DNA of 58,704 bases from Bacillota bacterium (GTDB taxonomy: Bacteria; Bacillota; Desulfitobacteriia; Desulfitobacteriales; Desulfitobacteriaceae). Below, one piece after another: positions 27,194 to 37,349 of this stretch. The position numbers and the translations under genes were made by a program. The stretch covers positions 1-58,704 of the forward strand of contig JAJZPA010000001.1 of assembly GCA_021811425.1 (NCBI GenBank). Reading direction: 5' to 3'. Under the pieces are notes generated by a model, which was not told the origin of the DNA, did not search any database, and saw only the letters and a program-made list of their open reading frames with translations. Numbering within the stretch: position 1 is the stretch's first letter; the number at the start of each line of letters is the position of its first letter.

Positions 27194-27817
27194 ATGCCGT
27201 TTGGGATTCAGGATATTCAGGGTTATATCAGACTGGTTTTAGGTTCGATCCTGCTGGCAGGGGATACGGCTGTGGATGCGACGGCTGGGCGGGGAAGAGA
27301 CACGCTCTTTTTGGCCCAGTGTGTCGGCAGGGAGGGCAGGGTCTATGCCTTTGACATCCAGCCCGAGGCCTTGGCAGAAACACAGAGACGCCTGCAGGAA
27401 CATGCCCAACATGAGCAGGTTGTGCTCTCTAGATTGGATCATGTCCATATGGGCGAAGTTGTCGAGGGAAGGGCCAAGGTGGTCATGTTTAATTTAGGGT
27501 ATTTGCCGGGGGGGGATCATGCACTGACGACCCAGTCAGAATCCACGCTTGCGGCGATGAAGGCTGCGCTCGATTTGCTAGAAGTGAATGGCATCATGGC
27601 GATTACGGCGTACCGAGCACATCCAGGAGGTGAACGCGAAGCGTTCGAAGTGGATGCGTTTCTGGCCGGACTCTCCCGTTCGGCATTCAGTGTTTTAAAG
27701 GGAGAGTATATCAACCAGATGTCAAACGCGCCCTATTGGCTATTGGTACAACGGAAAAGGGAGGATTTTGGGCATGAAGACTCGCCGCCAAATAAAAATT
27801 CAGGAACTGATCGCTAA
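27194..27817 (+). CDS. class I SAM-dependent methyltransferase (YtqB/MnmM-like putative RNA methylase)
   Basis: SAM motif VDATAGRGRDTLFLA...VYAFDIQ; FNLGYLPGGDH. The 3' end overlaps argR by about 44 nt. Confidence 0.7.
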   Translation: MPFGIQDIQGYIRLVLGSILLAGDTAVDATAGRGRDTLFLAQCVGREGRVYAFDIQPEALAETQRRLQEHAQHEQVVLSRLDHVHMGEVVEGRAKVVMFNLGYLPGGDHALTTQSESTLAAMKAALDLLEVNGIMAITAYRAHPGGEREAFEVDAFLAGLSRSAFSVLKGEYINQMSNAPYWLLVQRKREDFGHEDSPPNKNSGTDR

Positions 27818-28226
27818 GGAGGTCATTCGGACTCAGGAGGAGCTGGCCGAAAGGCTGAGGGAAGAGGGATTTGACGTTACTCAAGCCACCGTTTCCCGGG
27901 ATATCAAGGAGCTGGGGCTGATTAAAGTGCCGAGCCATGGGGAGGAATACCGCTATGCGCTGTCGACTGAGAGCCATCCAGCTAATTTCTTAGAACGCCT
28001 CAAACGCCTATTTCGGGAAACGGTCATCTCCGTGAATGACAGCGAAAACCTTGTCCTCATCCGGACGATTCCGGGGCATGCCCATGCGTTGGCATCGCTC
28101 ATCGATGGCAGCGACTGGGACGATATGATCGGTACGGTGGCCGGGGACGATACCATCCTTTTGGTCGTGAAGCCCAAAGAGGCGACGGTTGAGGTCTTGG
28201 CGCGAATCAACAGCCTAATGGGGTAG
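27774..28226 (+). CDS. argR: arginine repressor
   Basis: MKTRRQIKIQELI...TQEELAERLREEGFDVTQATVSRDIKELGL...GTVAGDDTILLV. ATG 27774 lies 8 nt after GGGAGGA. Confidence 0.93.
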   Translation: MKTRRQIKIQELIAKEVIRTQEELAERLREEGFDVTQATVSRDIKELGLIKVPSHGEEYRYALSTESHPANFLERLKRLFRETVISVNDSENLVLIRTIPGHAHALASLIDGSDWDDMIGTVAGDDTILLVVKPKEATVEVLARINSLMG

Positions 28227-28237
28227 GGGGTTTTACC

Positions 28238-29920
28238 ATGCTTTTGGAGATGCATGTTCAAAACTTCGGCCTGATGGAAGATATCCGTTTGGAGTTCAGC
28301 GAAGGATTGACGGTGTTTACCGGGGAAACGGGGGCCGGCAAGTCGATGTTGATTGATGCTCTCGGTGTATTGCTCGGCGGGAGAGTGTCGGCCGAAATGA
28401 TTCGGCACGGAGAAGGGCAAGCCCGTGTTGAAGGGGTATTTTCGAGCCTGACGGAACCGCTGCAAGAGAGGCTTGCGGATGCAGGGTATGCGGCAGAAGA
28501 CGACCAGCTCTTCCTTTCACGAGAAGTGAATGCCTCAGGGCGCAATCTCTGCCGTGTTCAGGGACGAACGATCCCTTTGAGCCTCTATCGCTCCCTTTGC
28601 GAAGGGCTAGCTGACATTCACGGTCAGATGGAGCACCAGTCCCTGCTGAAATCCGAAACCCATCGGGAACTCGTGGATGCCTTAGGGGGAGCGGAAGGAA
28701 AGGGACTCTCGGCTGAGGTCGCTTCTGCTGCTCGGGAGTATCGGGCCATGGCTGCCAGGGAGCGGGAGTTGTCCCGTTTGGAAGGCGAGCGCCAGCGACG
28801 GCTCGATATCTTGGATTACCAACTCGCCGAAATCGACCAGATTTCCCCCCGTCCAGGGGAGGAAGAGGAACTCCGGGCCGAACGCAAGCGCCTTAGTCAT
28901 GGCGAAAAGATTGCGAGCCTGGTTCAAGAAGCCTATGAGGTGTTATACATTGGAGCGCAGCGCACGCCCTCTGCGTATGACCTTTTGGCGAGGGCTAAAC
29001 GTGCGCTGAGCGAATTGGCCCGATTGGACCCGGCCTGTAGTGGACTTTTGGAACCGGTCGAAGCCGCTTATTATGCGGTGGAAGATTTAGGGGAGCAAGT
29101 GCGCCGTTACCAGGAGGGGTTTGATTTAGAGCCCAAAAGGCTTGAAGTGATCGAAGAACGCCTGGCTGAGTTGCACCGTCTGAGTAAATACGGTGGCAGC
29201 ATTGAGAAAGCGCTCAATGAGCGGGAGCAGATGAGCGCGGAGCGCGAGCAGCTGACACACTTGGAAGATGAACAATGCCAGATTGCCGCAGCGAAAGAGA
29301 AGGCGCGCCTGCGCTATCAGGAATTTTCCCAGAGACTTACGCTTAAACGCCAAGAAGAGGCACAACGCCTGGAAAAAGAATTGGCTTTGGAACTCACTGA
29401 CCTCGGTCTCGAAAAAAGCCGGCTGGAAGTGCGTTTTGTTTCCGTGGCTGACCCCGATCCCAGAGGGGCGGAACAAATTGAGTTTTATTTTTCCGCGAAT
29501 CAGGGGGAACCGCCGAAGCCTTTGGCGAAAACGGCTTCAGGCGGAGAGATGGCGCGTGTGATGCTCGCCCTTAAAAGTATGCTGGCCGGAGTGGAGCAGA
29601 TGGGGACGTTTGTCTTTGATGAAGTGGACAGTGGGGTCGGCGGGCGCACGATTCAAAAAGTGGGCGAAAAACTCAGGAAAATCGCCCAGGGCAAGCAGGT
29701 TTTCTGTATTACCCATGCTCCTATCGTGGCCTCTTTTGCGGATGAGCATTATGGCATTGTCAAGGAGGTTAAAGCAGGTCGGACACGCACTCAGGTCGAA
29801 CGTCTGAACTCGGAAGCGCGGATCGATGAATTGGCACGCATGCTTGGAGGCGAGGGTGACATTTCCCAACGTCACGCCCGCGAACTCTGGGAAAAGAACT
29901 GGAAACAAGGCGTTTCATGA
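28238..29920 (+). CDS. recN: DNA repair protein RecN
   Basis: MLLEMHVQNFGLMEDI...FTGETGAGKSMLIDAL; long coiled-coil; C-terminal SGGEMARVMLALK...FDEVDSGVGG. Confidence 0.95.
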   Translation: MLLEMHVQNFGLMEDIRLEFSEGLTVFTGETGAGKSMLIDALGVLLGGRVSAEMIRHGEGQARVEGVFSSLTEPLQERLADAGYAAEDDQLFLSREVNASGRNLCRVQGRTIPLSLYRSLCEGLADIHGQMEHQSLLKSETHRELVDALGGAEGKGLSAEVASAAREYRAMAARERELSRLEGERQRRLDILDYQLAEIDQISPRPGEEEELRAERKRLSHGEKIASLVQEAYEVLYIGAQRTPSAYDLLARAKRALSELARLDPACSGLLEPVEAAYYAVEDLGEQVRRYQEGFDLEPKRLEVIEERLAELHRLSKYGGSIEKALNEREQMSAEREQLTHLEDEQCQIAAAKEKARLRYQEFSQRLTLKRQEEAQRLEKELALELTDLGLEKSRLEVRFVSVADPDPRGAEQIEFYFSANQGEPPKPLAKTASGGEMARVMLALKSMLAGVEQMGTFVFDEVDSGVGGRTIQKVGEKLRKIAQGKQVFCITHAPIVASFADEHYGIVKEVKAGRTRTQVERLNSEARIDELARMLGGEGDISQRHARELWEKNWKQGVS

Positions 29921-29955
29921 GGGTTTTATTGAAAAACTAAAATCAGATGGTATCA

Positions 29956-30000
29956 AAACGCTCACTTTTATTTTTTAGTGGGCGTTTCTTTACTTTTTGC
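29956..30000 (+). terminator. terminator after recN
   Basis: AAACGCTCACT / AGTGGGCGTTT stem with one G-U pair and a T-rich 10-nt loop, then CTTTACTTTTT. Confidence 0.6.
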
Positions 30001-30161
30001 CTAAGTTTTTCCGGATTTTATGGCAATACTACAAAATCCTTAGTAATCATGGAACGGATTTAATAGGATGAAAGCAAAAATATATGGACATTTTAAGATT
30101 AGGCTTCGCTTGATTAAAAGAGAAAGCAGGGGAGAGCAGAAGAATCCATGGGGAGAAAGGA

Positions 30162-31433
30162 ATGGAGGGTGATAGAAGGGTGAAAATTAGAAGAATCCTG
30201 GTTATCATGAGCCTTCTTCTCAGTACCTTCCTCAGTTTCAGCCCCACAATGCAGGAACTAGCCCACTTTCCGGAATCACCGATCCAGTCTCAGTGGCATG
30301 CACCTCAAATGCATGGCCTCTGGAGCCATTTCGTTACGGTAGAGCAAAGTGAGGAAACCAAAGTCTTGGCTACGGCGTCCCATTTCGCTCCTCAAACCGT
30401 ACAAGTCAGTTACAAGCTTTTTGGGCTCTTCCCCTTAAAATCAAGCGAAGTGCAAGTGATGCCGGAAATGAGCCTGATTCCTGGAGGACAGTCAATCGGT
30501 GTCACTCTCCAAGCTAAAGGTGTGATGGTGGTCGGACAGGCTCCTGTGGTTGGCCAAGATAAGAAGAAGCATGATCCAGCCAAAGAAGCAGGCATTGAAA
30601 TCGGTGATATCCTGCTCAAAATCAATGATAAGGATGTCAAAACCGATCAGGATGTGGCAAGTGCAGTGCATCAAGCTGGGCAAAAGCAGGAGAAAGTCAA
30701 AGTGCTTTTGAAACATCGGGGAGAGCTGGCGGAAAAAGTCTTGAATTCAGTTTACTGCCCAGAAACCGAACGTTTTCGAATTGGCCTCTATGTTCGCGAT
30801 GCGGCAGCCGGAGTCGGAACCCTAACTTTTTTTGACCCGATAAGCAAACAATATGGGGCTTTAGGACATGTGATCAATGATGTGGACACCAATCAGCGCA
30901 TTGAGGTTTCCATGGGACAAGTCGTCGCTTCCAATATTCATTCCATTGAAAAAGGGCGTCGTGGGCATCCTGGGGAAAAAGTTGGCTCCTTTGTGACTAA
31001 CTCCTCCTTTAAGGGAACCATTGAACGCAACACGTCAACCGGGATTTTTGGGAGTCTAGATGGGGATATTCGGCAACCTTACTTTACCAGGCCGATCCCT
31101 GTGGGATGGCAATCCGATGTTCAGCAGGGCCCTGCAAAGATTTACACCGTCATTCAGGGTGAACAAATTGAGGAGTTCGAGGTCATGATTGAACGGGTGA
31201 TGCCAAATCGGACCGATAGTAAAAATATGGTGATTCGAATTACTGATCCGCGTTTGATTCAAGCCACAGGAGGGATTGTGCAAGGTATGAGCGGCAGTCC
31301 TATTGTGCAAAATGGTAAACTTGTAGGAGCCGTGACTCATGTGTTCGTTAATGATAGCCTGCGTGGATATGCAGTTTTTATTCAGAATATGCTCCAGGAT
31401 TCAGGGCTCATCTCAAAGCATGAAGCAGCATAA
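30162..31433 (+). CDS. spoIVB: SpoIVB peptidase (S55)
   Basis: Signal anchor, PDZ region (GIEIGDILLKINDKDV), LGHVIND..., GIVQGMSGSPIVQNGKLVGAVTHVFVND. Position between recN and spo0A. Confidence 0.93.
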   Translation: MEGDRRVKIRRILVIMSLLLSTFLSFSPTMQELAHFPESPIQSQWHAPQMHGLWSHFVTVEQSEETKVLATASHFAPQTVQVSYKLFGLFPLKSSEVQVMPEMSLIPGGQSIGVTLQAKGVMVVGQAPVVGQDKKKHDPAKEAGIEIGDILLKINDKDVKTDQDVASAVHQAGQKQEKVKVLLKHRGELAEKVLNSVYCPETERFRIGLYVRDAAAGVGTLTFFDPISKQYGALGHVINDVDTNQRIEVSMGQVVASNIHSIEKGRRGHPGEKVGSFVTNSSFKGTIERNTSTGIFGSLDGDIRQPYFTRPIPVGWQSDVQQGPAKIYTVIQGEQIEEFEVMIERVMPNRTDSKNMVIRITDPRLIQATGGIVQGMSGSPIVQNGKLVGAVTHVFVNDSLRGYAVFIQNMLQDSGLISKHEAA

Positions 31434-31456
31434 TGGGAGAGTCAGTTTCTCTTAAA

Positions 31457-31483
31457 GGCTGGAAAAACATCCAGTCTTTTTCT
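31457..31483 (+). terminator. terminator after spoIVB
   Basis: AGGCTGGA AAAACA TCCAGTCT, followed by TTTTT. Confidence 0.55.
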
Positions 31484-31532
31484 AAATTATTCAATATATC
31501 TTTATTTCTCTGAGAAGGAATAATAAAAACAA

Positions 31533-31539
31533 TGTCGAA
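31533..31539 (+). promoter_or_regulatory. Spo0A box (TGTCGAA) in the spo0A upstream region
   Basis: Exact 7-mer 52 nt upstream of the spo0A ATG. AGGAAT at 31516-31521 about 21 nt upstream could form a sigma-H-like -35 paired with a -10 overlapping CGAAC. The 7-mer alone is not specific (see rejected items). Confidence 0.4.
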
Positions 31540-31590
31540 CATTTTAAAAGTTTGATGTAGTGATCCGGTGGAGGGAAGGCGAAAGAAAAT

Positions 31591-32412
31591 ATGCAGAAGG
31601 TTCAAGTGTTATTGGCGGATGACAATCGCGAGTTTATCGAGGTGCTTAAAGAATATATCAGCCGCCAGGAAGACATGATATTGATCGGAGTCGCTTATCA
31701 CGGCCAAGAAGCCGTAGAAATGATTTTTCGAGATGAACCGGATGTCGTCGTTCTCGATATCATTATGCCCCACTTAGATGGCCTCGGTGTGTTGGAACGC
31801 ATTCAAACCCTTGAGCATAAACCGCGGGTTATCATCCTCTCGGCATTTGGGCAGGAAACCATGACCCAAAGAGCGGTGAGTCTAGGTGCCGATTATTATG
31901 TATTGAAGCCGTTTGATCTGGATACTTTGGGACGGCGAATTCGCCAAGTCCATGGATTAGAACCATCGGGCTTGAACCCTGTCGCTTCAGGCTTGTCCAG
32001 TGCAGTTCTGACTCCATCTTTTCAGGCTGCAGCGACGAAAGCACCAGTCAGTCAAGCTAAGCATTTAGAGGTAGAAGTGACCCGCATGATCCATCAAATG
32101 GGTGTCCCAGCCCATGTCAAGGGGTATCAGTATCTGCGAGATGCAATTGTCAGTGTGGTACAGGAAATTTCTTTACTGGGAGCTGTCACTAAAGAACTTT
32201 ACCCGATGATCGCTGAAAAATACCAAACCACCCCCAGCCGGGTGGAACGGGCGATTCGCCATGCGATTGAACTCGCCTGGGATCGTGGGAATGTCGAACT
32301 CATGAATCGGTTTTTTGGCTATACGATTGATGTTGACCGTGGTAAGCCTACAAACTCCGAGTTTATTGCGATGGTTGCTGATAAGCTGCGGATGGCTAAT
32401 CTAATGCTCTAG
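31591..32412 (+). CDS. spo0A: sporulation master regulator Spo0A
   Basis: Receiver domain ([10 protein letters not shown]...[13 protein letters not shown]) plus the Spo0A-specific C-terminus [31 protein letters not shown]...[15 protein letters not shown]. Confidence 0.97.
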   Translation: MQKVQVLLADDNREFIEVLKEYISRQEDMILIGVAYHGQEAVEMIFRDEPDVVVLDIIMPHLDGLGVLERIQTLEHKPRVIILSAFGQETMTQRAVSLGADYYVLKPFDLDTLGRRIRQVHGLEPSGLNPVASGLSSAVLTPSFQAAATKAPVSQAKHLEVEVTRMIHQMGVPAHVKGYQYLRDAIVSVVQEISLLGAVTKELYPMIAEKYQTTPSRVERAIRHAIELAWDRGNVELMNRFFGYTIDVDRGKPTNSEFIAMVADKLRMANLML

Positions 32413-32472
32413 ATAATGGGGTTCAGACAGGATTAAGAACCTACTGCACTTATATTATACTGAAGATTAAAG

Positions 32473-32499
32473 AAGCCAAACCCGTGGCTTTTTTCTTTT
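32473..32499 (+). terminator. terminator after spo0A
   Basis: AAGCCA AACCCG TGGCTT, followed by TTTTCTTTT. Confidence 0.55.
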
Positions 32500-32559
32500 G
32501 GGCAATTTTAGTCGAGAAAGGAAATTATGCGGGTGGGAGCGAAGTGATCCCTATGATCC

Positions 32560-34074
32560 ATGGATTATCTTAGTTATAGGTTTGGATCATTGATGGTGTG
32601 GGAAGAATCCAAGTGGTTGGACGACACGAAGTTAGGGAGGCAGCGCAGCGTGTTTACCCGTACAGAAATCGAAGACCTAAGTGCCCAAGTAAATGATCTC
32701 CAGGACATTCGCATCCTGTTAACGGCGATCATCCATTCGACCCAAGATGCGATTTCAGTGGCTGACGAGGAGGGACTGGGAATTTTAATCAACCCGGCCT
32801 ATACCCGCTTGACCGGATTAACTGCCGAGGATGTGATCGGCAAGCCGCCGACCGTGGACATCGCCGAAGGGGAAGAAAGCATGCATATGAAAGTGCTGCG
32901 CACGGGTCAAGCGGTGCGCGGAGTCTCAATGAAAGTGGGGCCAAAGCGCAAGGAAGTGATAGTCAATGTAGCTCCGATCATTGTGCAAGGAAAACAGCGG
33001 GGGTCGGTGGCGGTCTTGCAGGATGTTTCTGAGATCCGACGGCTTTCGGAGGAACTGGAGGGCGCGAAACGCCTAATTCGCCATTTGGAGGCCAAGTATA
33101 CCTTTACGGACATCATCGGGGAGAGTGAGGCAATTCAGGCAGCGATTGAGCAAGCAGAGCGTGCAGCGTTGACCCCGGCCACGGTAATGCTACGCGGAGA
33201 AAGCGGCACCGGCAAAGAACTTTTCGCACATGCGATTCATCGCCACAGTATCCGCCAAAAGGGTCAATTCCTACGTGTCAACTGTGCAGCTTTGACGGAT
33301 AGCCTTCTGGAAAGCGAACTTTTCGGCTATGTAGAAGGGGCGTTTACGGGGGCACGTCGTGGAGGTAAGACAGGGCTCTTTGAGGAAGCCAATGGCGGTA
33401 CGTTGTTCCTGGATGAAATCGGGGACATTAGCTTAAATTTGCAGACTAAGCTTTTGCGTGTCCTTCAGGAGCGGGAAGTGATTCGGGTGGGGGACAATCA
33501 GCCCATCAGTGTGGATGTGCGGGTGATCGCCGCGACCAATGCCAATTTGGAGGAAAAGCTGCGAGCTGGATATTTCCGCGAAGATCTTTATTACCGCCTC
33601 AATGTGATCCCAGTCTTGATTCCACCGCTGCGCCAGCGGCGTTCGGATATTCCCCATTTGGTACATCATTTGATCCGAAGGTTTAATCAGGATTATGGCC
33701 GTTGCGTAGAACAGGTTAAGGAGGAAGCCCTCCAGACACTAGAGCAGTATGACTGGCCAGGAAATGTACGGGAACTGGAGAATGTCTTGGGTCGGGCGAT
33801 TATTAATATGAAAGTCGGGGATACGGTGATGGAAGCTTCATATCTTCCGTTTTTAGCGCAGCGGTCTGGGCCTTCCCGCAGTGAGGTTGCAGTGGTGGGG
33901 CAGGTGTCCATGCCTGCGCTTGCGAGCTTTGAGGAAATGCAGCGGCAATGGGAGCGGGAGGTTCTGATGCGAGCGCTGGCACAGGCAGGAGGAAATAAGA
34001 CCAAAGCAGCTCAGGTCTTGGGGATGTCAATTCGAAACTTCTATTATAAGTTGGGGCGGCATGATCTCGCCTGA
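32560..34074 (+). CDS. sigma-54-dependent transcriptional activator with PAS sensor domain (BkdR-like EBP)
   Basis: PAS ([31 protein letters not shown]), AAA+ ([38 protein letters not shown]), C-terminal HTH ([20 protein letters not shown]). The start codon is uncertain because the RBS is weak. Confidence 0.88.
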   Translation: MDYLSYRFGSLMVWEESKWLDDTKLGRQRSVFTRTEIEDLSAQVNDLQDIRILLTAIIHSTQDAISVADEEGLGILINPAYTRLTGLTAEDVIGKPPTVDIAEGEESMHMKVLRTGQAVRGVSMKVGPKRKEVIVNVAPIIVQGKQRGSVAVLQDVSEIRRLSEELEGAKRLIRHLEAKYTFTDIIGESEAIQAAIEQAERAALTPATVMLRGESGTGKELFAHAIHRHSIRQKGQFLRVNCAALTDSLLESELFGYVEGAFTGARRGGKTGLFEEANGGTLFLDEIGDISLNLQTKLLRVLQEREVIRVGDNQPISVDVRVIAATNANLEEKLRAGYFREDLYYRLNVIPVLIPPLRQRRSDIPHLVHHLIRRFNQDYGRCVEQVKEEALQTLEQYDWPGNVRELENVLGRAIINMKVGDTVMEASYLPFLAQRSGPSRSEVAVVGQVSMPALASFEEMQRQWEREVLMRALAQAGGNKTKAAQVLGMSIRNFYYKLGRHDLA

Positions 34075-34085
34075 CAAATTGAATA

Positions 34086-34101
34086 ATTTTGCAGGCAAAA
34101 T
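34086..34101 (+). promoter_or_regulatory. candidate upstream activator site for the sigma-54 EBP
   Basis: Perfect palindrome ATTTTGC-AG-GCAAAAT about 150-165 bp upstream of the -24/-12 element. Nearby direct TGCATA repeats at 34113-34130. Confidence 0.35.
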
Positions 34102-34249
34102 ATTGCGTTGTCTGCATAAACTTGCATACTTTGTGGGGAAGAAGGAAAAAGGGACACGAACGCTTGGGGGAAGTGGAGGTTCCATTCGGCTGGGAAAACA
34201 GACTTTTCATCCCATTCAGATAAAAAATGTGGGAGTTTGTTTGTTTCTC

Positions 34250-34266
34250 TGGCATTGGTTTTGCAT
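34250..34266 (+). promoter_or_regulatory. sigma-54 (-24/-12) promoter of the leucine dehydrogenase gene
   Basis: TGGCAT-TGGTT-TTGCAT. The GG (34251-2) and GC (34263-4) are 12 nt apart, as in the TGGCAC-N5-TTGCW consensus. It lies about 83 nt before the ATG and directly downstream of a sigma-54 EBP gene. Confidence 0.8.
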
Positions 34267-34348
34267 TGAAAGGGGGTATCCCTCTAAAATGTGAGGGATA
34301 TCATGTGAGCGAACTGTAATTGTTGCAAATGAAAAGGAGGAATGGTTT

Positions 34349-35416
34349 ATGAAGATCTTTGAGTACATGGAGAAGTATGATTATGAGCAATTAGTCATTT
34401 GTCAGGACAATAATTCTGGCCTGAAAGCGGTGATTTGCGTCCATGATACGACTTTAGGTCCGGCTCTGGGCGGTACCCGGATGTGGAATTATCGCTCTGA
34501 AGAGGATGCGATCGTGGATGCCTTGCGTTTGGCGCGAGGAATGACTTATAAGAATGCAGCGGCTGGCTTAAACTTGGGCGGGGGCAAGGCCGTGATCATT
34601 GGGGATTCCCACACCCAAAAGAGCGAAGAACTCTTTCGGGCTTTTGGACGGTATGTCCAGTCCCTCAATGGACGCTATATCACGGCTGAGGATGTCGGGA
34701 CGAGCGTACAGGATATGGATTGGGTGCATATGGAGACAAAATTTGTCACCGGGGTCTCTTCATTCTTCGGTTCCTCAGGCGACCCTTCCCCGATGACGGC
34801 TTTGGGGGTCTTTCAGGGCATGAAAGCCGCAGCCAAGGAAGTATATGGTTCCGATTCCTTGGAAGGAAAGACCGTGGCCATTCAAGGGTTGGGGCATGTC
34901 GGGTATTATTTGGCTAAACACCTAACCGATGAGGGGGCGAAACTGATCGTCACAGATATCAATCCGGAAGCGGTCAAGCGGGTCGTGCGCGAGTTTGTGG
35001 CTAAATCGATGGCACCAGAAGACATCGTGGGCGCGAAATGCGATATCTTTGCTCCTTGTGCGCTGGGTGCGGTGATCAATGATGAGACGATTCCAAAATT
35101 GAAGTGCCAGATCGTGGCGGGGGCTGCCAACAATGTCTTAAAAGAAGAGCGTCACGGCGACCGTCTGCATGAACTGGGAATTCTCTATGCGCCCGATTAT
35201 GTGATCAATGCGGGCGGGGTGATCAATGTGGCGGATGAACTAGACGGGTATCATTATGAACGCGCCTTAAAAAAAGTTGAAGGGGTCTATGAGAATGTGG
35301 CCCGCGTCCTGCGGATTGCTAAACGGGACAATATTCCGACCTATAAAGCAGCGGATCGCATGGCCGAAGAGCGCATCGCTAAGATTGGGAAAGTCAGGAG
35401 CAGATTTTTAGGTTAA
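34349..35416 (+). CDS. leucine (branched-chain amino acid) dehydrogenase
   Basis: [45 protein letters not shown]; K-containing motif NLGGGKAVI; NAD fold IQGLGHVGY. Equivalent of B. subtilis bcd. Confidence 0.92.
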   Translation: MKIFEYMEKYDYEQLVICQDNNSGLKAVICVHDTTLGPALGGTRMWNYRSEEDAIVDALRLARGMTYKNAAAGLNLGGGKAVIIGDSHTQKSEELFRAFGRYVQSLNGRYITAEDVGTSVQDMDWVHMETKFVTGVSSFFGSSGDPSPMTALGVFQGMKAAAKEVYGSDSLEGKTVAIQGLGHVGYYLAKHLTDEGAKLIVTDINPEAVKRVVREFVAKSMAPEDIVGAKCDIFAPCALGAVINDETIPKLKCQIVAGAANNVLKEERHGDRLHELGILYAPDYVINAGGVINVADELDGYHYERALKKVEGVYENVARVLRIAKRDNIPTYKAADRMAEERIAKIGKVRSRFLG

Positions 35417-35459
35417 TCAGAGTCTATTGAAGCGGAGCATAAACCCTGAAGACAGGTTC

Positions 35460-35491
35460 AACCGGAGTTCATCATGACTCCGGTTTTGTTG
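35460..35491 (+). terminator. rho-independent terminator after leucine dehydrogenase
   Basis: AACCGGAGT TCATCATG ACTCCGGTT, followed by TTGTTG (the T-run starts within the stem). Confidence 0.75.
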
Positions 35492-35580
35492 TATGGGGGA
35501 AGGGATTTCTTCAATTAGGGAGAATTAATTAAAGAGTCGGGTCAGTTTTTGAACAAAGTAAATACAATAAAGGCGGAGAG

Positions 35581-36132
35581 ATGAACGACATGTCTAATGA
35601 TCCCAAGGATTATACGGAGACGCAAATTAGCCATCAGAGTGTGTTTGACGGGCGCATGATCCGGGTAGAACTGGATACGGTGCGCCTTCCCAATGGGAAG
35701 GCGACCAGCCGCGAAGTGGTGCGGCATCCGGGGGCTGTAGGGATTGTCGCTTTAAAAGGGGAAGACGTTCTGCTTGTGCGCCAGTACCGTTATCCCGTAG
35801 GAGAGGAGACGCTGGAAATCCCGGCTGGAAAGCTGGATCCAGGGGAAGCTCCGTCCGTCTGTGCTGAACGGGAATTGCGGGAAGAGACGGGCTACAGCGG
35901 GAAGTTTACCCTTCTTGGTTCAGTCTTCACGACCCCTGGTTTTACCGATGAGGTGATGCATCTTTTCCTGGCAGAGGATTTGGTTTGGGATCCCCTGACA
36001 CCGGATTCAGACGAATTCTTGCATGTTGAGCCGATCGCTTGGGAGGAAGCACTCACTCGGGCGAAGCAGGGCGGATTTAACGATGCGAAAACCATCTTAG
36101 GCCTTCTCTGGGTTCAGGGGAGAATGGCATGA
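35581..36132 (+). CDS. nudF: NUDIX hydrolase (ADP-ribose pyrophosphatase-like)
   Basis: Nudix box GKLDPGEAPSVCAERELREETGY. Size 183 aa. Confidence 0.82.
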   Translation: MNDMSNDPKDYTETQISHQSVFDGRMIRVELDTVRLPNGKATSREVVRHPGAVGIVALKGEDVLLVRQYRYPVGEETLEIPAGKLDPGEAPSVCAERELREETGYSGKFTLLGSVFTTPGFTDEVMHLFLAEDLVWDPLTPDSDEFLHVEPIAWEEALTRAKQGGFNDAKTILGLLWVQGRMA

Positions 36133-37280
36133 TTTATGCAGATCTTCATGTTCATATTGGCCGCAGCCTCGATGGGAAACCGGTGAAGATTACCGCAGCC
36201 GCGACACTCACTCTGCCCAATATCATCAGGGAAGCCCGTGATCTCAAAGGACTCTCGTTGATAGGCTTGGTGGATGCTCATTCCAGGGGCGTGCGGCACG
36301 ATTTCGCGGCTCTTCTGGAGGAAGGCGTACTCAAGCCCCTGCCCGGAGGGGGTTACCAGGCGGGTGGCTTGACGGTGATTCCGGGCTCCGAGGTAGAGTT
36401 GAGTTTGGGAAGCGGAAGTGCCCATCTCCTCGCTTATTTTCCGGAGCTGGCTGCGGTTGAGGACTATGTAAAAAGGCTAAAGCCGTACGTAAAAAACTGG
36501 CAACTGAGTTCTCAAAAAGCCTTTGTCTCGGTTGAGGACTGGATCCAAGCAGTGGAGAGGGCCAATGGAGTTTGGCTCCCGGCGCATGCCTTTACCCCTC
36601 ACAAAGGGATCTATGGAAATTGCTGCCGTTCTTTGCACGAGGTGCTCCCCAAGATGCCGCTCGGCCTCGAAATCGGACTGAGTGCCGATCGGCAGATGGC
36701 ACGTACCTTGAGTGAGTTGGACGGGGTGGAACTCTTCAGCAACTCGGATGCTCATTCTCTGCCTAATTTAGCCCGGGAGTACAATGTCCTGAGCTTAAGC
36801 GAAAATTCCTTTGAGGGGTTGAAATTACTCCTGGAGAAAAAGAGCGGAACACTGATCGCTAATTACGGACTGATGCCGGAAGTGGGCAAATACCACCGTA
36901 CGTATTGCCTGGTTTGTGAAGCGGTCGTGCCGGAGGAGCCACCGGTGCTCGTCTGTCCTCGCTGCGGGAGCACTAAAGTGGTGATGGGGGTAATGGATCG
37001 CCTCGTGACCATTGCGGATCGCTCGATAGAGCTTTCTCTGGGTGCCTATCATTACCAGATTCCGCTGCGCCAGCTTCCGGGTGTTGGGCCAAAGATGATC
37101 CAGAGGCTTCTGGCAAGTTTCGGGACGGAAATGGCGATCCTCCATGAGGTTTTGCTGGAAGACATCGCTCGCGTAGGCGGGGATAAGATTGCCCGCCTGA
37201 TAGAGCATTCCCGCAGCGGAACGCTACAGGTTTCAGCCGGGGGAGGTGGGTTGTTCGGTAAGGTTGTGGACAGGTACTAG
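36129..37280 (+). CDS. PHP-domain endonuclease Q-family protein (TIGR00375-like)
   Basis: MIYADLHVHIGRSLDGKPVKITAA..LTL; Zn-ribbon CLVCEAVV...CPRCGS; C-terminal helix-hairpin-helix-like LRQLPGVGPKMIQRL. ATGA overlap with nudF. Confidence 0.7.
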   Translation: MIYADLHVHIGRSLDGKPVKITAAATLTLPNIIREARDLKGLSLIGLVDAHSRGVRHDFAALLEEGVLKPLPGGGYQAGGLTVIPGSEVELSLGSGSAHLLAYFPELAAVEDYVKRLKPYVKNWQLSSQKAFVSVEDWIQAVERANGVWLPAHAFTPHKGIYGNCCRSLHEVLPKMPLGLEIGLSADRQMARTLSELDGVELFSNSDAHSLPNLAREYNVLSLSENSFEGLKLLLEKKSGTLIANYGLMPEVGKYHRTYCLVCEAVVPEEPPVLVCPRCGSTKVVMGVMDRLVTIADRSIELSLGAYHYQIPLRQLPGVGPKMIQRLLASFGTEMAILHEVLLEDIARVGGDKIARLIEHSRSGTLQVSAGGGGLFGKVVDRY

Positions 37281-37349
37281 CGTAGTGGACATACTTTCCT
37301 AAACAAGCACATAGATATCCTCTGAAAGGATGTTTCTGGAAAGAGGGGG

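Noticed and set aside
34061-34294. 77-aa +-strand ORF between the EBP and leucine dehydrogenase.
   Set aside because: It covers the UAS palindrome and the sigma-54 -24/-12 element. It is more plausibly a regulatory region than coding sequence.
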